Below are positions 24,354 to 38,487 of a stretch of 64,000 nt of DNA, piece by piece. The DNA is from Vicugna vicugna (taxonomy: Eukaryota). The notes beneath the pieces are model-generated. The model did not search any database and was not told where the DNA came from. It saw only the letters and a program-made list of their open reading frames with translations. Both the position numbers and the translations under genes were made by a program. Location of the stretch: the NCBI GenBank assembly GCA_013265495.1, contig MU057880.1:1-64000 (forward strand), given 5' to 3'. Position 1 is the first letter of the stretch. The number at the start of each line of letters is the position of its first letter.

Positions 24354-26864
24354 GGTAATAAATTAATCATAAATGTGAGAACCTGTTCAGGAATGGAGAA
24401 GAGAAGTGACAGCAGGTGATTAAGAGGGAAATAAAAAGAAAAAGAAAAGAAAACTGAGAGAACACTTGCAATGATAATGATAACTGTTTCATAACCTGAG
24501 TAGTATAATGCTCCTTAGTAGTAAGATGCTGCCAACATTTAAAAAAAAAAAAGAAATGAGAGAAGAAAATTCAATATATAGCTTATTCAAACACACATAA
24601 ACACATTTATCAGCTCTTAATCACCTCTTGCCTCTGTATATGTCAGTTTCAATTTTTGATCACTTTAAAAATAATATTAATCTAACAGACTTACATTGGT
24701 CCAGAGAGCATTGGATAGTACGTATTCTACAGTGTCTAGAAGATTTATTATGACTACAGGAAATTTCAGTGTGCTTTCTGCTTCTGGTTCCTTTTTCCTC
24801 TTTGTAAAAACAATCAAATAATTACTCATATGGGTATCAAACTAGTTAGGAACACCAAAGGTGTTTGTAACTCCCAAACAATAATAAAAATATTAGAAAT
24901 TCTCCCAAACACAGCAACTATACAGTGGTTTTAAATTAAATCCTACAAATGGGCTGCAACATTTAAAATCATTCACACATTGGTAGGAATAACATTTATG
25001 GTGTTAACTGTCTTGACTTTGAACCGTCATTTGCTGTCAAACTGTTAAATTTATAATATAAATTAGAGGCAATAGTCCACACAAGAAGGGCCTTTTGTTA
25101 TTTAATGGAGCCCTTAGATTCCAAAGAGCAAAGAACTCCACAATGTTGAATACTGTCTATAAGCAATTGGAATATAAGCAATTGGAATACTCTTGTAGAA
25201 GCTGAGAACCTCACAGTAGTTTCCTCTTTGTCTCTGACAAATAACTATCATAAATGAGCTCCTTGGTCGTGCTAAGTGGTTGTTATTTTCCTCTAAAAAT
25301 AATAGATTTCTTATTATAGCCTTTTTCATTTTGACCAAGTGTGTTATTTTCACTCTGTCTCAAAAACTGTAATATGAAACATCAGAAAGTTTTCAGGCTA
25401 TTTAGAAGATGAGATTTATGCAAAGCTACAAAAGATTTAGTAATAACAGAACTTTGTTGGATGCTAAATTGACTTTTCCCAGTTAGTCTAATTTTTTTTT
25501 AATTAATGATGGAGAAAGAACCATAATGGAATGCATCAGCATTAAATTTTTAAATATCCCTTCATTTTTATTCCCTCTTGCTTGGGCACTTCATAAATAT
25601 TTGTTATCAATAATGATGACCGAGCATTTTCAGAAAATTTTAGCTTCCTTTCCTTTTCCTTTTCTTTTCTATTTTTTTAAACGTTCACATTCCATTTTGG
25701 TGCTTAGGTTTCTGTAGTACTATATCATCATATTCACCACTCGCTTTTCTAGTTTTTCCCCATTTTCCAGAATTATGTTTTCCTAAAATCATATTTCATA
25801 TTAGAGAATGAAAACCTCATCAATTTGACTCATCTAAAATTAACTACCTAATGTAGGATGCCAAACGCTTGATTTATAAAGAACTTTTACTTGCAGAAAA
25901 AGGTCTGATTAGTTCATAATAATAGTCTTTGCAGCAAGAAGTTATAAACATTTATTAATTTACAAAACACCTGAACCTAATCTTTTATAACAATACTTCA
26001 TCAAAGCAAAAACATTAAAAAAAAAAAAGATATAGGCTGAATCATGACCTACATAGTTTATCTCCACGAGACTAGATGGTATACTGAATGCTAAACTGCT
26101 TGAGCTCAGCTGTTCCAGGGCCACTTACAGCCAAGGTCAGCATGACAAGGTCAAGCTGTTGAAGATGTGGGGGGGTTGGGAAAGCAGAAGGGATAAGAAG
26201 TCGAATTTCTGATAAAAGACTGACATTTCACTAATAGATCATCGGTCCTTACAAGAATCAAATAAGAGAGAACTGAACCAGGAAGAGTTAGCAGATCAGA
26301 GCCGGAGTGTAGATCAGAAGCCAAATATTACTATCATTTTTTCACCTTTTCATACTTTTAGAATTTAATACTATTATTATTGAATAACAACTTCTGTACA
26401 TCATAACAATAGGGATACTGGGCAATAAGGTTTGTTCTGTAGATACACGATAAATTCATGATTGAATATATTCACTTAAAATCATTTCATATGACTTTCA
26501 GCCTATCTTATCCTCAATAGATTTCTTGTGAATTTATTTCCAAAATATCAATGCAAAATGGAGTTATGAACAATTCAAAAATAGGAATAACATGGGCTTT
26601 GCCTCACGTACAATATGTATTCCAGCAGTTTGTGTTCATCTGAAGATACTGATTTGACTGTTTATTGGAACAAGGATGCATCGAAATATCTTGCATTTTA
26701 ATTTCATATAATATGCCTCTCCCAATCATGTATAAAAAATCTAAATAAATATGACTTTTACTTTTTTATTTATACTCAGCATGTTTTATGTTTAAAAAAT
26801 TAACTTACACAAATTTATTTGAAGTTAACCCTTTTCAAAATTGCAATGAATATAGAGGAAAAAC

Positions 26865-29090
26865 TTGAGGCTTCCACAGAACATGATAGATTAAATGATG
26901 TGTTTCTTTCTGTTCAATACTGTACTGATAATACAGTAAAGGAATGAAAGAAACAATCTGCAAAGAGAAAGATGAGAGTCCAAGATATGACAGTGGAAAG
27001 GATATATCAACAAAACTTGAAGGCTCAAAAGTGGGTGTGAGTGGTAACAGACAGAGTTGACTAAGGAAAGCTGACTTCTAAATATCTCTGAACACAGTCT
27101 TCTAAATGCTACTAAAAGCTGGAGGATCGTCTGAAAGTCTTTCTAGGTAGTGGTTAGATGCCCAAGAAACCTTCATCCATCACCTTTCACCACCGTAACA
27201 GAAGACTAGAGCATCTCTCTCTGAAGAATTTGAAGTGGACAGACTCGACTCTGAGACGAAAGGATGGAGTCAGATTGGATGCTGTACTCAAAAGCATGGG
27301 ATTACGTGGACATTGACCTACTGAACATTGAAAACCAGAATCTACCTTAACAAATGTACTCCAGTAATGCTGGGAGCTACATTACACCTGTACAGGCAGG
27401 AAACTGAGAGAAAACTCTCTAGGAAAACTGACTTGCCTCAAAGAAAAGATGCACAGATGCTCACATTTGGGTTACTCCCGTCAAACTGGCAGACTCCTTA
27501 CTGCTAAAATTATCATGAAGTCCATAAGACTACAAATTACAGATCACCTGCATAAACAGAATTTCCAAAAAGCAGTTTGGTGCTTCGAGCTTAAGGATGA
27601 ACAGAAAAGAGGATCACACAGGTTGAAAAAAAGTTTTGTCATTCTAGAAAGAAACTGAAGTAAAGTAAAGGAACTCAGAGAAAACAGAAACAATCTAGGA
27701 AGTGATTGAAAATTAACTAAGATCTTCAAATAAGAGAAGATAAGTTGTAAATAAGAGAAAGACACTGGGGGAGGAGGGTAGAGCTCAGTGGCAGAGTGCA
27801 TGCTTAGCATGCACAAAGTCCTGGGTTCAACCTCAAGTCCCACCATTAAAAAAATAAATAAATAAACTTAATTACCTCCTCCCTCCAAAAAAAAAATGAC
27901 AAATAAAAGATATCATCTTAAAAAAAATTTTTTTAAAAGAGAGAAAGACACTGGTTGCTTTTTATTTCTTTGTTTTAAATCAGAATATTCAAAAACCAGT
28001 TCCTGAGATACACTGATCTCATAAAATAAATACAAATTCAACAGAAGTTATGGAATTTGAAAGTCAAGGAAATTTCCTAGATATTAGAAACAAAAAAGAC
28101 GAAGAGGTGAGAAATTGGAGAGAAAAGATTAAAAAAAGAGAGAGAGACGACCTGTTGAAGATGTTCAAATGGGTTAGGTGTTTTAGAAAAGGAAGGAGAA
28201 ACTGGAAGCAGGGAAGAGAAGAGCAAATGGGAGGGGGCATTATCCAGGAAGTTATAAGATCATTTCCCAGAGCTGAAGACATGAGCAGCCAGGACGGAAA
28301 GGCAGGGCCCACTCAGTGACCACCATGATCAGTGGGAAAAGAGAGAGGACCACGCAAAGGACCAGGAACTAGAACGCCATCGAAGGCTTTAAAGCGCACT
28401 GCAACCAGAAGACAGTGGAGCAAAGCCTTTACAATTCCACCAGCACTCAAACGTGAAGGCTGAAAAAAGGCATCTTCAGACCACAAGATCCCACAGGTAA
28501 ACTTCTCTTTCACTCACAAAAATCAGTGAGTAAACCAAGAAAAAGCAGTCAAGCTTCACAACGTGCAGAAGAAAGGCAAGAACCCCAACGAACGTGATGG
28601 AGGGAGATCCCGGGGCACAGCCTTGGAGCCGGCTGAACAGAGGGCAGTCCAGGTGTGTGAACATAAAGGATCTAAAGGAGTTTTCTCCACAAAAGAAAAT
28701 GGATACTTTTCCTGGTTTTTTGAACAAATTAAAGCAATATTTGCAGCTTAGTTTGACTTTTTTAGAATTAGTCGTATGCACATAAACAATTTTAAAGAGA
28801 AAAAATGCCAATAAGAGAAAAACTCCATGGACTGAAAAAAGCTGTAAATTTGCGACTTGGCTTTAAATATTTATAATCACAGTATAAATATTTAAAGGTA
28901 TATACTAAATACCAACTCAAACCGTGATGTGACTTTTTGGAGGATGGAGGCAAAGGAAATATGTGAAGACAAGAGATGAGGAAAGAGTTATATTCTTATC
29001 TCTCATAGGAGGAAATTGGTAGAAAATATTTGGAATCAAGTGTTTAAAATGTAATTTTTAATTCTTAATTTGGGTTTGGACCCTAAAATA
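26865..29090 (+). mobile_element. HAL1 / L1 ORF1-only element, degraded
   Basis: ORF1-like A-rich segment at 28050-28480 (…IIQEVIRSFPRAEDMS…; 'aagacagtggagcaaagcctttacaattc'), followed by HAL1-like 'gagtaaaccaagaaa' rather than ORF2. Confidence 0.6.
27769..27939 (+). mobile_element. tRNA-Ala-derived SINE
   Basis: 'gagctcagtggcagagtgcatgcttagcatgcacaaagtcctgggttcaa' plus tail. A 15-bp TSD AGAGAAAGACACTGG lies at 27754-27768 and 27940-27954. Confidence 0.92.
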
Positions 29091-30519
29091 AAATGTCACC
29101 TATTCCAAAATATTATTAAAAATATGTTTCCAGTACTCAGTTGAACATCTAACAACAGCCTGCAAGGAGCGAGAACAATGCTTGCCACATAGTACGCATT
29201 CAATGAATGGTTTTTTCATAAGTAAATTCTGTCCGTTTCAAAGTTGCATGACAGTACCACTGCCTGGCATTCAATCTTCTTCACTTGAAACATTAATAAC
29301 AGTGCAAGGAGATGTAAGATCATTTGTGACCGAATCTCTGTAAGTAAACAGGCTAGAAAAGGTAATGAATGCAAGCCTGCATCCCATTCATTGCAGCCTT
29401 CTAACATAATGTCAATAACTTAATTTGACTGCAAAGCAGTTTTCTTTCCTTGACATAACTCAGTCCTGTGTGCCACATTCTTACAAAACAGTGTTCAATT
29501 TACATTATGGTTTTTGTGTTTCCATCCCTCTTTCTTTGCTTTCAACCCCTTTGTGCCACAGAAGAATTTGGTAAACAACTCTGCTGAATGGTCAAAAGTT
29601 GGCACTTCAGTTATTATGTTTTAATTCCATTTCATATAGTTTTTAGGCAATAGAGAAGACAGCTTTAATTTCATTCTGTTCTATCGGCTGATAATCAGAT
29701 AACGCTCTGGATGTCTTTGCTGCTCTGCGAAAGAAACTCATACTCCTGAGTGAATAGAACACAAAAATAATCAAAAGTCTGTATTCTGGGTTGTTAACAT
29801 TAATGTTTGAATATTATTTAAACAAAAGTGACCACATCAAAATGAATTCAGGATAATCCTGGATATGCCAGCTATCTACCCCTAGAGTTTTATGCAGCTC
29901 TGATCAAATTGTAAACGGAAAAATCATGACTTGAAGATATAGTGCATGCATTCTCAGATCATTTCACATGACACTGGCCTTCATTATTCATCAAAGACCT
30001 GAATCTCACTCTTTGAGAAGTTTTTTTTTCAAATGTCGTATATCTAGTTTGATTGAAATAAAACCACTCACTCAAAGAAAAGCTGAAAGTAAAGAGGTTT
30101 TTTTCCAACAGAAGTATTTATCCATTAAATATAAAGATACCCTTTCTTTCTTTCCTCCCTTCCTCCCTTCTTTGGGTAACTTAGTTCAAAGGCCATTAAA
30201 GACCTTTCACTTTCTTCTTTTCCTTGTCTTTCTCCTTCTCTAGTACTTGTCTGAGCCACCGAGGGAGTTAGGCACCCTTGCAAGATGACAGCTAGGTTTT
30301 GGGCAGCAGCTCTAAGGCGTCATCTAAATGGATTAATTTCAGAGGTATTGACAAGCAAGCAAATGAAAATCAGGTTTCTCATTGTCAGAAAAGGGAGTCA
30401 CAAATACTCCACGGAGAAAAGCTGGAATGCATACTGTGGACAGGGACTGGAACTGGAGGCATGGCGATGAACTTAGGCATTGGTGTGAATTTAAGTGAGA
30501 GAGAAACGTGGATGTGAAT

Positions 30520-32392
30520 GCATTTATGCAAGTGTCTGCACATATATATGTGCATATACATACACATATACCACATATACACTATTTTTTCCTAGTTCAG
30601 TTAAATTAGCCACTGAGTGGGACTGGAAATAGTGAGGTCAATATCAATAAGCACACTTAATATATTATTTCTTGGCTTCTAAATACCTTCCTCCACTAAT
30701 AGAAACCAGGCTCATTAGAGAAATGGCTTAATCAGGGACCGGGGCAGGAAAAATACAAATAAGCTTGGAAAATATTGCTGTGATGGAAAATAAGGAAGTC
30801 GCCCAAGAATGATGGGGAAAACATCAAAAATGACACTGAAACCAGGTTAAAATTGCGCCACTGGTCAGATCTGCAGAAATTTGAGCATCAAAACAGAATG
30901 GCAATGTTAGTTGGTATTTTATGTAAAGAATGACAGAATTAGAAAACCACCATTTTGGAAAAATCTTTGAAAAAAAAGCAGTAAGAACTGTTTCAGGCAG
31001 GAATCCTCAATGGATGCTAAAACTATTGGGCAAAGTTTTGATGAGGAAAGCTAAATTCATATATTCTCACAGTGTCTTCCCACAAAATGCAAAGTAGTTA
31101 TTCATTTCAAAGGAAAAATAGTAACTTTACCTGGAAGACATCATTTTAATCAAGTGACCAGAGAAGGATACAGTGCAGCTCGAACATTCACACATTGCAA
31201 AATGGTCACTTTGGAAAGCAGGAACAGTTTCTTGTAAAGGTAAACACACCAAACCATGCGACCCAGAAATCCTGCCTCCCTCCAAAGGAGAGAAAATGTC
31301 TTTTCACACAAACACCTGTACGTAGATGCTTTTAGCAGCTTTATCCATAATCACAGAACATTGGAAAGAGCCCAAATGATCTTCAACCACTGAACAGATA
31401 AACTGTAGTACTTCCACACAGAGGAATACTATTCAGCAATAAAACTTAAAAAAAAAAGAAAAAAGAAAAACTACTGCTACATGCAACAATATGGATAAAT
31501 CTCAAATGCTTTTTTGCTAACTGAAAAAAGGTCAAATCAAAAGACGACATGAATGGACCTGGAGAATGTCATTCTAAGTGAAGTAAGTCAGAAAGGGAAA
31601 GAAAAATATCATATGATATCACTAACATGTGGAATCTAAAAAAAAAAAAGACAAAATAACTTATTTACAAAACAGAACCAGATTCACAGACATAGAAAAT
31701 AAACTTATGGTTACCAGAGGGGGAAAGGGGTGGGAAGGGATAAACTGGGAGTTCAAGATTTGCAGATACTAATATATATAAAATAGATAAACAAGTTTCT
31801 ACTGTATAGCACAGGGAACTACATTCAATATCTTCTAGTAACTTATGGTGAAAAAGAATATGAAAACAAATATACATATGTTTCTATATGACTGCTGTAC
31901 ACCAGAAATTAACACATTGTAAACTGACTATACTTCAATAAAATATATTTTTAAACAAGACTACAAAGTTGGCTAGGAGTTCAAGGTGGGGGAAGGGGTT
32001 GACTACAAAGGAGAGGCGTAAAGAAATTTTTTGATTTGATGGCACTGATCTGTAGCATGACTTTGGTTGTAGATACATGACTCTGAACATTTGTCAAAAT
32101 TAATATAAAAGTGTACGCAACAATAAGTGACCAGAGTTAAAAGCGCCAGTAATAATTATAAGAACATTGATACTGTAATCGCCTATCAGATAAATATAGT
32201 GATAAGAGCATCTCATCACCCAGGTGATGTTCCTGACAGATTCATAGACAAGTAGGAAGGTAGGTACCTGGAAAACCCTATAAAACAAGTGTGGTGAAAT
32301 GTCATCAATTGTGGAAACTGGGTTATGAGTATTTGCCCTTTGTACTAATCTTTCCAACTTTCCTCTAAGTTTGAAATTATTTTAAAATAAAA
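30520..32392 (+). mobile_element. Nested old L1 3' regions (L1MC/L1ME-like)
   Basis: L1MC-like 3' UTR ('gaaaccaggctcattagagaaatggct', ending 'gtttgaaattattttaaaataaaaagt'), with an ORF2-terminus fragment at ~31200-31545. Confidence 0.7.
31550..31952 (+). mobile_element. Young L1 3' end inserted in the older L1
   Basis: 'tggacctggagaatgtcattctaagtgaagtaagtcaga...aactgactatacttcaataaaa'. Confidence 0.9.
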
Positions 32393-35359
32393 AGTAGTAT
32401 ATGTATATATGCGTGTGTGTGTGTGTGTTTATCTGAAATTTCCCTTTGGAAAATCACAGAATAGTTTCATAAGGAAATCAACTAATGACAGTTGCTTGGC
32501 AATATTGTGTTGCTGAGCACAATACCACTTTTGTCATTATTTCATTGTGTTTTCTAGAGAAAGTAGCCAGGTTTATGGGAGCATAGCAACAAATGGGATT
32601 TCAGGTGGAGTTTACGGCCAAACAGAGGAAATTAATTAAATGCTTCCGGTCAGCAGGCCTACTGTGATGACATCCATGCTCTGACATTCTTTTTCTCACT
32701 GCTGTAACATACCCTGACTTGACATGGATCACAGATGTAGTTGCACTGGACATAGTATTTTGGGTTTAGGGTCTTCTCAGAAGTCAAGAGTTCAGGCACC
32801 TTAGAAAGTATAGACAGACATTTCTTTTTATATCCCTGCTGATTGTTTGAAAAACGCAGCTAAACAAACCCTTCACCTGCCCCTGTCCTTTCCAAGTTTT
32901 TTCAATAGAAGAACCACAGTGTACTATACAAGGTTTCCCTTTTTATATATTAAAAAACAGTAATGAAATATAGAGATGAGTATTTAATATACACAAGTCT
33001 CTTACTGTGTGAGCATTATATGATAATTAATATATAATGGTGTTCTGAGACAGACTTTCACCATTTATCAACTCACAAAAAATTATTGTAGCACTAATTA
33101 CAATAGTCAGCCTTACGAAGTCATCTACTATGCGTACCTGTTCGATTATTGCTGTATAATTATACAATAGAATTCTTTGCAGCTGTAAAAATCATGTTTT
33201 AGAAGATTAGTCATCTTAAGAAAGCTCTCTACATATTACATGAAAAAAGCAAAGGCAAACTAGATAAATATGTTGAGTACGATCCCACAAATACATAAAT
33301 AAAACTCTGAAAGTTGTTTTGGTTGTGTGATGGAATTACAGGGAATTCTTATTTTTTCATTTGCAACTTTTGTGTTTTCTGAATGTGCTGTTATGAATTT
33401 GTCCTGCTGTCAGACTCAGGGGAGTATGTGAGTTTCGTTTTGCAAACGAAGCATATATTTTAATGTTTTTCTTTTGTGTGAGACCAGGTCTCATCACATT
33501 TCTTGGAAGCCTTTTACAGGCTGAAAGGAAATGGAGGTTGTATTTACTCTCAGAAGTAAAATCGACTCATTTTAACTCCTACATTTGTATCAGGTTGGCT
33601 TGAATGCCAGCAGAGATTAATGGTTGATTCTTTATCTATGGTTTTGCAGGACTGCATCATTTTAGAAGCAAAGAGCTGTGTGAGGCAGCCTTCTATTACA
33701 TGCCCCTACTCTATCAAAAACATTTAACTTGTCTTTTTAAAAAGCCTTCTGATTATGTCTTTCTTTTTTTTTCTTTTTTCAGTTTTATTAGGTAGAATGA
33801 TTACATTTTGACTGCACATATACATTATATTGCAAGTGAATACATATATGCAATATACTGCACACATTTTTTTTAGTTTACATATATGTACTAATCATTG
33901 TTTCAAAGAACAGATGAAACTTGCATAGTCATCAAAGGACTAAAGCCAACCACAAAATAAGAATCAACTAAATGCATTAATACAATTGTAAAGGATGTCT
34001 TTCTTCACGAATATTCTTCATCAAAAATATTTGACTGACAATTAGCTTCCTCTGCCCATTTACCAATTTCTATTTGACCTTAGATTCAAAAGAAAGACCT
34101 TTGATTAAAATGACTTGTCTATGAATCTCTCATTTGAATACCTGAATCAAGGGGAGACACAGCAGTCCTTGGATTTTAAGTTATTATTTCAGTATCCCCA
34201 AATCTGTCTTAAATATGGAATATCACCTCTAAATATTTAAAAAGTAGTTGTTATTTGAAGTTATATAGTAATTTAATAAATTAAAATCTGGACAATAATC
34301 ATAGACACAAATGAAATTGCACTGATTCCATAATATAAAATATAATCATCGTATCTTGAATCTTTCATGTATATAATAAGTTCTTATTGAATGTCTACTT
34401 TGTGCATTCTATTCTCCTCCATGGAAATATTCAGGAAAATTGAATTTCTTCTCTTTGGCTGTTTGTAATAGGTGAAAGCCAAAAGAGTGAAATGATTGCT
34501 TTTAAATTAAAAGGAAATAAATCTTTCCTTTAAAGTAAAGATAAACATTAAGGAGCAACCATAATGCAATTGTACTCAGTTTTCTCATAGGCAATGCTAA
34601 TCATTTTTCAGGGTCGACCTGCATTCCTCCAGAGTCACAAGGTCCTGCAGATTATTCCCGAAGCTAATCTTGATGGGGAACTGATAAAATGAAAAGAAAA
34701 ATTATTTTATGTGCTCATTATACTGATAGTGGTTTCTAGACTCACTCCAAATGTAATCACATTTTCATAGCCTCCTAAGTCCTGGAAGCAATCTAGGGTC
34801 TACAAGCCAAATAGACGAAGTTAATGAGTTGTGTCTTGGACCAATAAATAGAAAAAGAAAGAAAGGAAGAAATGTTAGTATGTCACCATGTGAACCTATT
34901 CCTATGAAAGGAGAGTCTGAATTAACTGTAAAATGACCTTGGCAACATAGCCATTTCCTTCCTGGAACATAATGTAATGATGACACTTCCATGTCATTAC
35001 CTTAATGTTGCTTTGTCATTATTACAGAGACTTGAGCATTTTCTAATCATCAGTAGGAGATGGGGTTAAAAGTAGGAAGGAAAAAGGACTAGCCAATTTC
35101 CAAGGAAAAAATTTTCCATTCAAGAAAAGCAAATGTTTGCAAGAGCTCTGGTAGTAATGCAAAAGGTTTCATTGCCCCATCCAGTGGTCAGGAACTAATT
35201 TACTGAGCAAATCACCTACGTCAGCAGCTCTCCTTCCAAGATGTATGTGATTTCAACAATCGTGTAGTATCACTGTGTTCCCAAATAGCAGGATACAAGA
35301 TAAGCACGCCATGTTAAGCGGAAGTTGAATGTTAAGAAAGTACGTGTTAGTTTAGTAAT

Positions 35360-35505
35360 TCTTTTTTCTTTTTAATTGAAGTACCATCAGTTACAATATG
35401 TCAATTTCTGGTGCACAGCATACTGTCCCAGTCATGCATATACATACATATCATTGTTTTTATATTCTTTTTCATCAAAAGTTATTGTAAGATATTGCAT
35501 ATATA
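35360..35505 (-). mobile_element. Young L1 3' end fragment
   Basis: 'ttttaattgaagtaccatcagttacaatatgtcaatttctggtgcacagc' is the reverse complement of the same family. Confidence 0.85.
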
Positions 35506-36854
35506 AACTCAGATAAGTGTTACTTTGTCTATTTTAGAGTTCACCTGTTGTCTTGCAATTATTTCTAGTATTTACATAAACCTTAAGTAGCACTCAGTAA
35601 AAATTTGTTAACAGAACCATCTAAATAGTTCTTGATGTTTCAGACAACATTAGCATTGCCTCAGTTTTATAAGTGAAATAAAATTTCAAAAAATCTTTAT
35701 AAGAAATTCTGTCTTGATCAAATTGGATTATTTATGGTTATAATCTTCCTAGAATTGTGTGATACACATAAAATAAACAGAAGGTATCTCTAAGTTTAAC
35801 CCATACATATCCATCCTCACCACAGCCCAAAGATTCAAGGATTCCAATTTTTTAATTTACTCATATACCAACTTTCAACCATGAAAATATTCTTCAAAAA
35901 TGTATATCATCAGAAAAGATTGGGGAAAAAAATTATATTACAGGAAGGAGAAACACCAGTGAGTACACAAAATTACTGAGTTTCTACTTGGGCAACAATG
36001 TGGACTGAAGCTTCTAGAGACGGAAAAGTAGGTCCATCAAGCAGCACAAGTCCTTCGGGGGGTTATCAGGTACCGTGTCACTGATACAGCATCATGCAGT
36101 GTAGGAAGCAGAAGGGATGCACAACATACTAACCAGCTGTGAGGCTTCCACTGCTCAGCGATGCTACATCTGGCCTGTTAGGCAGTTTCATGGGCATCAT
36201 CAATAAACTATAATCAGCATGTAATGATCCGACAAGATCCCCAACAAAAAGAGCCTGGAAGCCAGCCAGGCCATCAACACTGACAGTTCACTGCGATTGA
36301 GTCCTCTTGAGCTGGACGTGTTTAGAAAATGGAAGATAACTAGGAATACAAAGAGCAACTTTCGGGGAGGAAAACCTGGAGACAGACCAGCAGGAAATGA
36401 AGGAAATATGCCCTAATGGTGAGCTGAACCCCTTAAACAAGGCTGGAGCAGCCAGCCAGACTGCGGTTTTAGGCAATTCAGTAAGTTCTTGTTTCTAGTC
36501 CATGCAAAGCAGGTATCTATCAGTATGTAAAATAGTCTTATGACTCACACATCAAGTATCATAACCATTTGCTGGATGTAAGTATACAACTAAAAATGAT
36601 GGCTAAAATATTCATAGATTAGTCTGTTTAGGATTCAAGGATGTAAAATATTCCCTCACTTTTCACTATTGATAATCATGATCAGTTTTGGCTATATGCA
36701 CATTCCCAAAATATTTCCAAGCGTTTTAGTCAAACACGGATTGAAACGCTTCATTCTCTTGTTTATCAAGGAACAAATGTGAATTTATAAATGACAAAAA
36801 AGGCTATACCAGCTTTACTGAGAAGTGGAATTCTAAAGGTTAAAATCAGGAAAC

Positions 36855-37014
36855 GGGGAGGAGGATATAGCTCAAGCGGTAGAGCTCATGCTTAGCATGC
36901 ACGAGGTCCTGGGTTCAATCCCCTGTACCTCCTCTAAAAGTAAATACACAGATAAACCTAATAACCTCCCCCTGCCAAAAAAAATTAAAAGATTTTTTTA
37001 AATTAAATAAAAAG
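36855..37014 (+). mobile_element. tRNA-Ala-derived SINE
   Basis: Well-preserved tRNA-like head with SINE tail 'taaacctaataacctccccc' and an A-rich end. TSD-like AAATC(A/C)GGAAA flanks it at 36843-36853 and 37015-37025. Confidence 0.92.
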
Positions 37015-38174
37015 AAATCCGGAAAAACAAACAAACGAATTCTTTCTACACAGTGTCTCTGTGGAGAAGACTCTCTGGTTGAAACTGGGGCTCATCCCAT
37101 GATTTCCAGTCTCTCTCTTTTTTTTTTTGAATTTATCGTTTATCTATTTTATGTATATCAGTTAGTATCTAGTCTCTCTTTGACAAAAAAAAATCCTTTA
37201 ATCACTCTTAGACACAAAATAGTCGTTGTTCTCTGATACAAATACCCAGCATCTGTCTGAATATCTGACAAGCTTCTCTTCATTTGGCCTAGACCTGTGA
37301 ATCCATTGGAAGGGGAGAGTTGGGGAGACTCTCTGTCTTGGGCCCTTCCAGGGTTTTAGTGGGAATTAGGTGGGGAATGAAGTTCAGAAAAGTCCTCTCC
37401 TCGTCAGTGCCATTGACCCAACCTCACAGTGCTTTCTACTATTTTTAAATGTGATTAAAGAATCACATTTTTAAATGTGATTCTTGATCTCCGGTTAACT
37501 TGGAAACCTTGCATTCCTTCCCCCTACCTTTCCCTCCTCCTCCCCACCCCTCTGCATCTTCGGGCATCTGTCACCTGCAATTCCCTTAAAGTAAGGAAAT
37601 CTTTTCTCTCACCATCAATTTATGACTCCCCCTTTGTCCTCTCCTACTATGTGACCTGCAGCCTCCTTGAATTTGCTGTATTCACCATTCTCTTTTCAGC
37701 CAAATTTCTTGTCATAGTGCCAGGCCAGCTTTCTCTTCCAAGAGATCTCTGAGCCAAGGAAAATCACTAGCCTTTGTCTCCAGAAATTCGGGAGTGAGGA
37801 CAGTCCATTCTCAAGGAAGACATATCTCACTCATCCAGCAGAGCAGCTAACAAGACACCATTTAGCTTCTGTACCCAACAGACTCCACTGGAAACATCCA
37901 AAGCTCCTGATCTCCAGACTTGAGCCAGTGGGGAGCACAAACCTATCCCTGCACCGTGATGAGGTTTGACTCAGCACAGCCACAACTCTCTCCAAAGAAA
38001 TTCTTCTTGGCCACTCTTGGTCCCCTAGTCCATTTTATGGTCTGGTAACTAAGGACCACAAACTATTCTTAGCCATTTCCTTTGCAAGCTGTTCTCAAGT
38101 GACTTAGCAAACTTCCATTTGGAATGTGTGGGTGGTGGCCTCTCTTATCCAGGGCCTCTCTTAGTTTACTTTAC

Positions 38175-38480
38175 TTGTGATGAGCATCCGAGGGCACATG
38201 GAGCATGTTTTATTTGGGAGGTGATCGCAGAAATGCCAGTGAAGAAGCGAGGCTGAGGAAGAAAGGAAGCCAATAAGGCAGGTTTCTGCTGTGGGCACCC
38301 TAGATGCAGTCCTGCAAGGGAGCTCTGGGAGTCAGTGTAGAAATGTGCCTCGGATTTATCCCCACCGAGCACCCGGGAAACTAGGATGCTCACACAACCG
38401 TGTTCATCAGTCACTGGCTGAAGGTCTGTTCTCAGAGGAGGGGAGTAGGGAAGTCAGGGTTAACTTTCCAGCTATTTTGG
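38175..38480 (-). mobile_element. ERVL LTR33-like fragment
   Basis: 'tttatttgggaggtgatcgcagaaa...catcagtcactggctgaagg'. Confidence 0.6.
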
Positions 38481-38487
38481 CATAGAA

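Noticed and set aside
25158..25187. 15-bp tandem duplication TATAAGCAATTGGAA (similar small ones near 9061-9088, 60085-60108 and 63668-63695)
   Set aside because: Ordinary slippage micro-duplications with no array or spacer structure; not CRISPR-like.
34560..34700. Strong minus-strand splice acceptor (ttttcttttcattttatcag at 34700-34681) suggesting an exon
   Set aside because: There is no good donor or recognisable coding frame. A non-coding exon cannot be excluded but is unsupported.
36220..36486. Open plus-strand stretch followed by a GTAAGT donor-like site; possible exon or Tigger remnant
   Set aside because: No clear acceptor and no recognisable protein; the similarity to a transposase N-terminus is too weak to call.
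36855..36932. Apparent tRNA-Ala(AGC) gene (also at 21254, 27769 and 50970)
   Set aside because: The copies carry SINE-type AT-rich tails, three have TSDs, and stem pairing is imperfect. These are SINEs, not tRNA genes.
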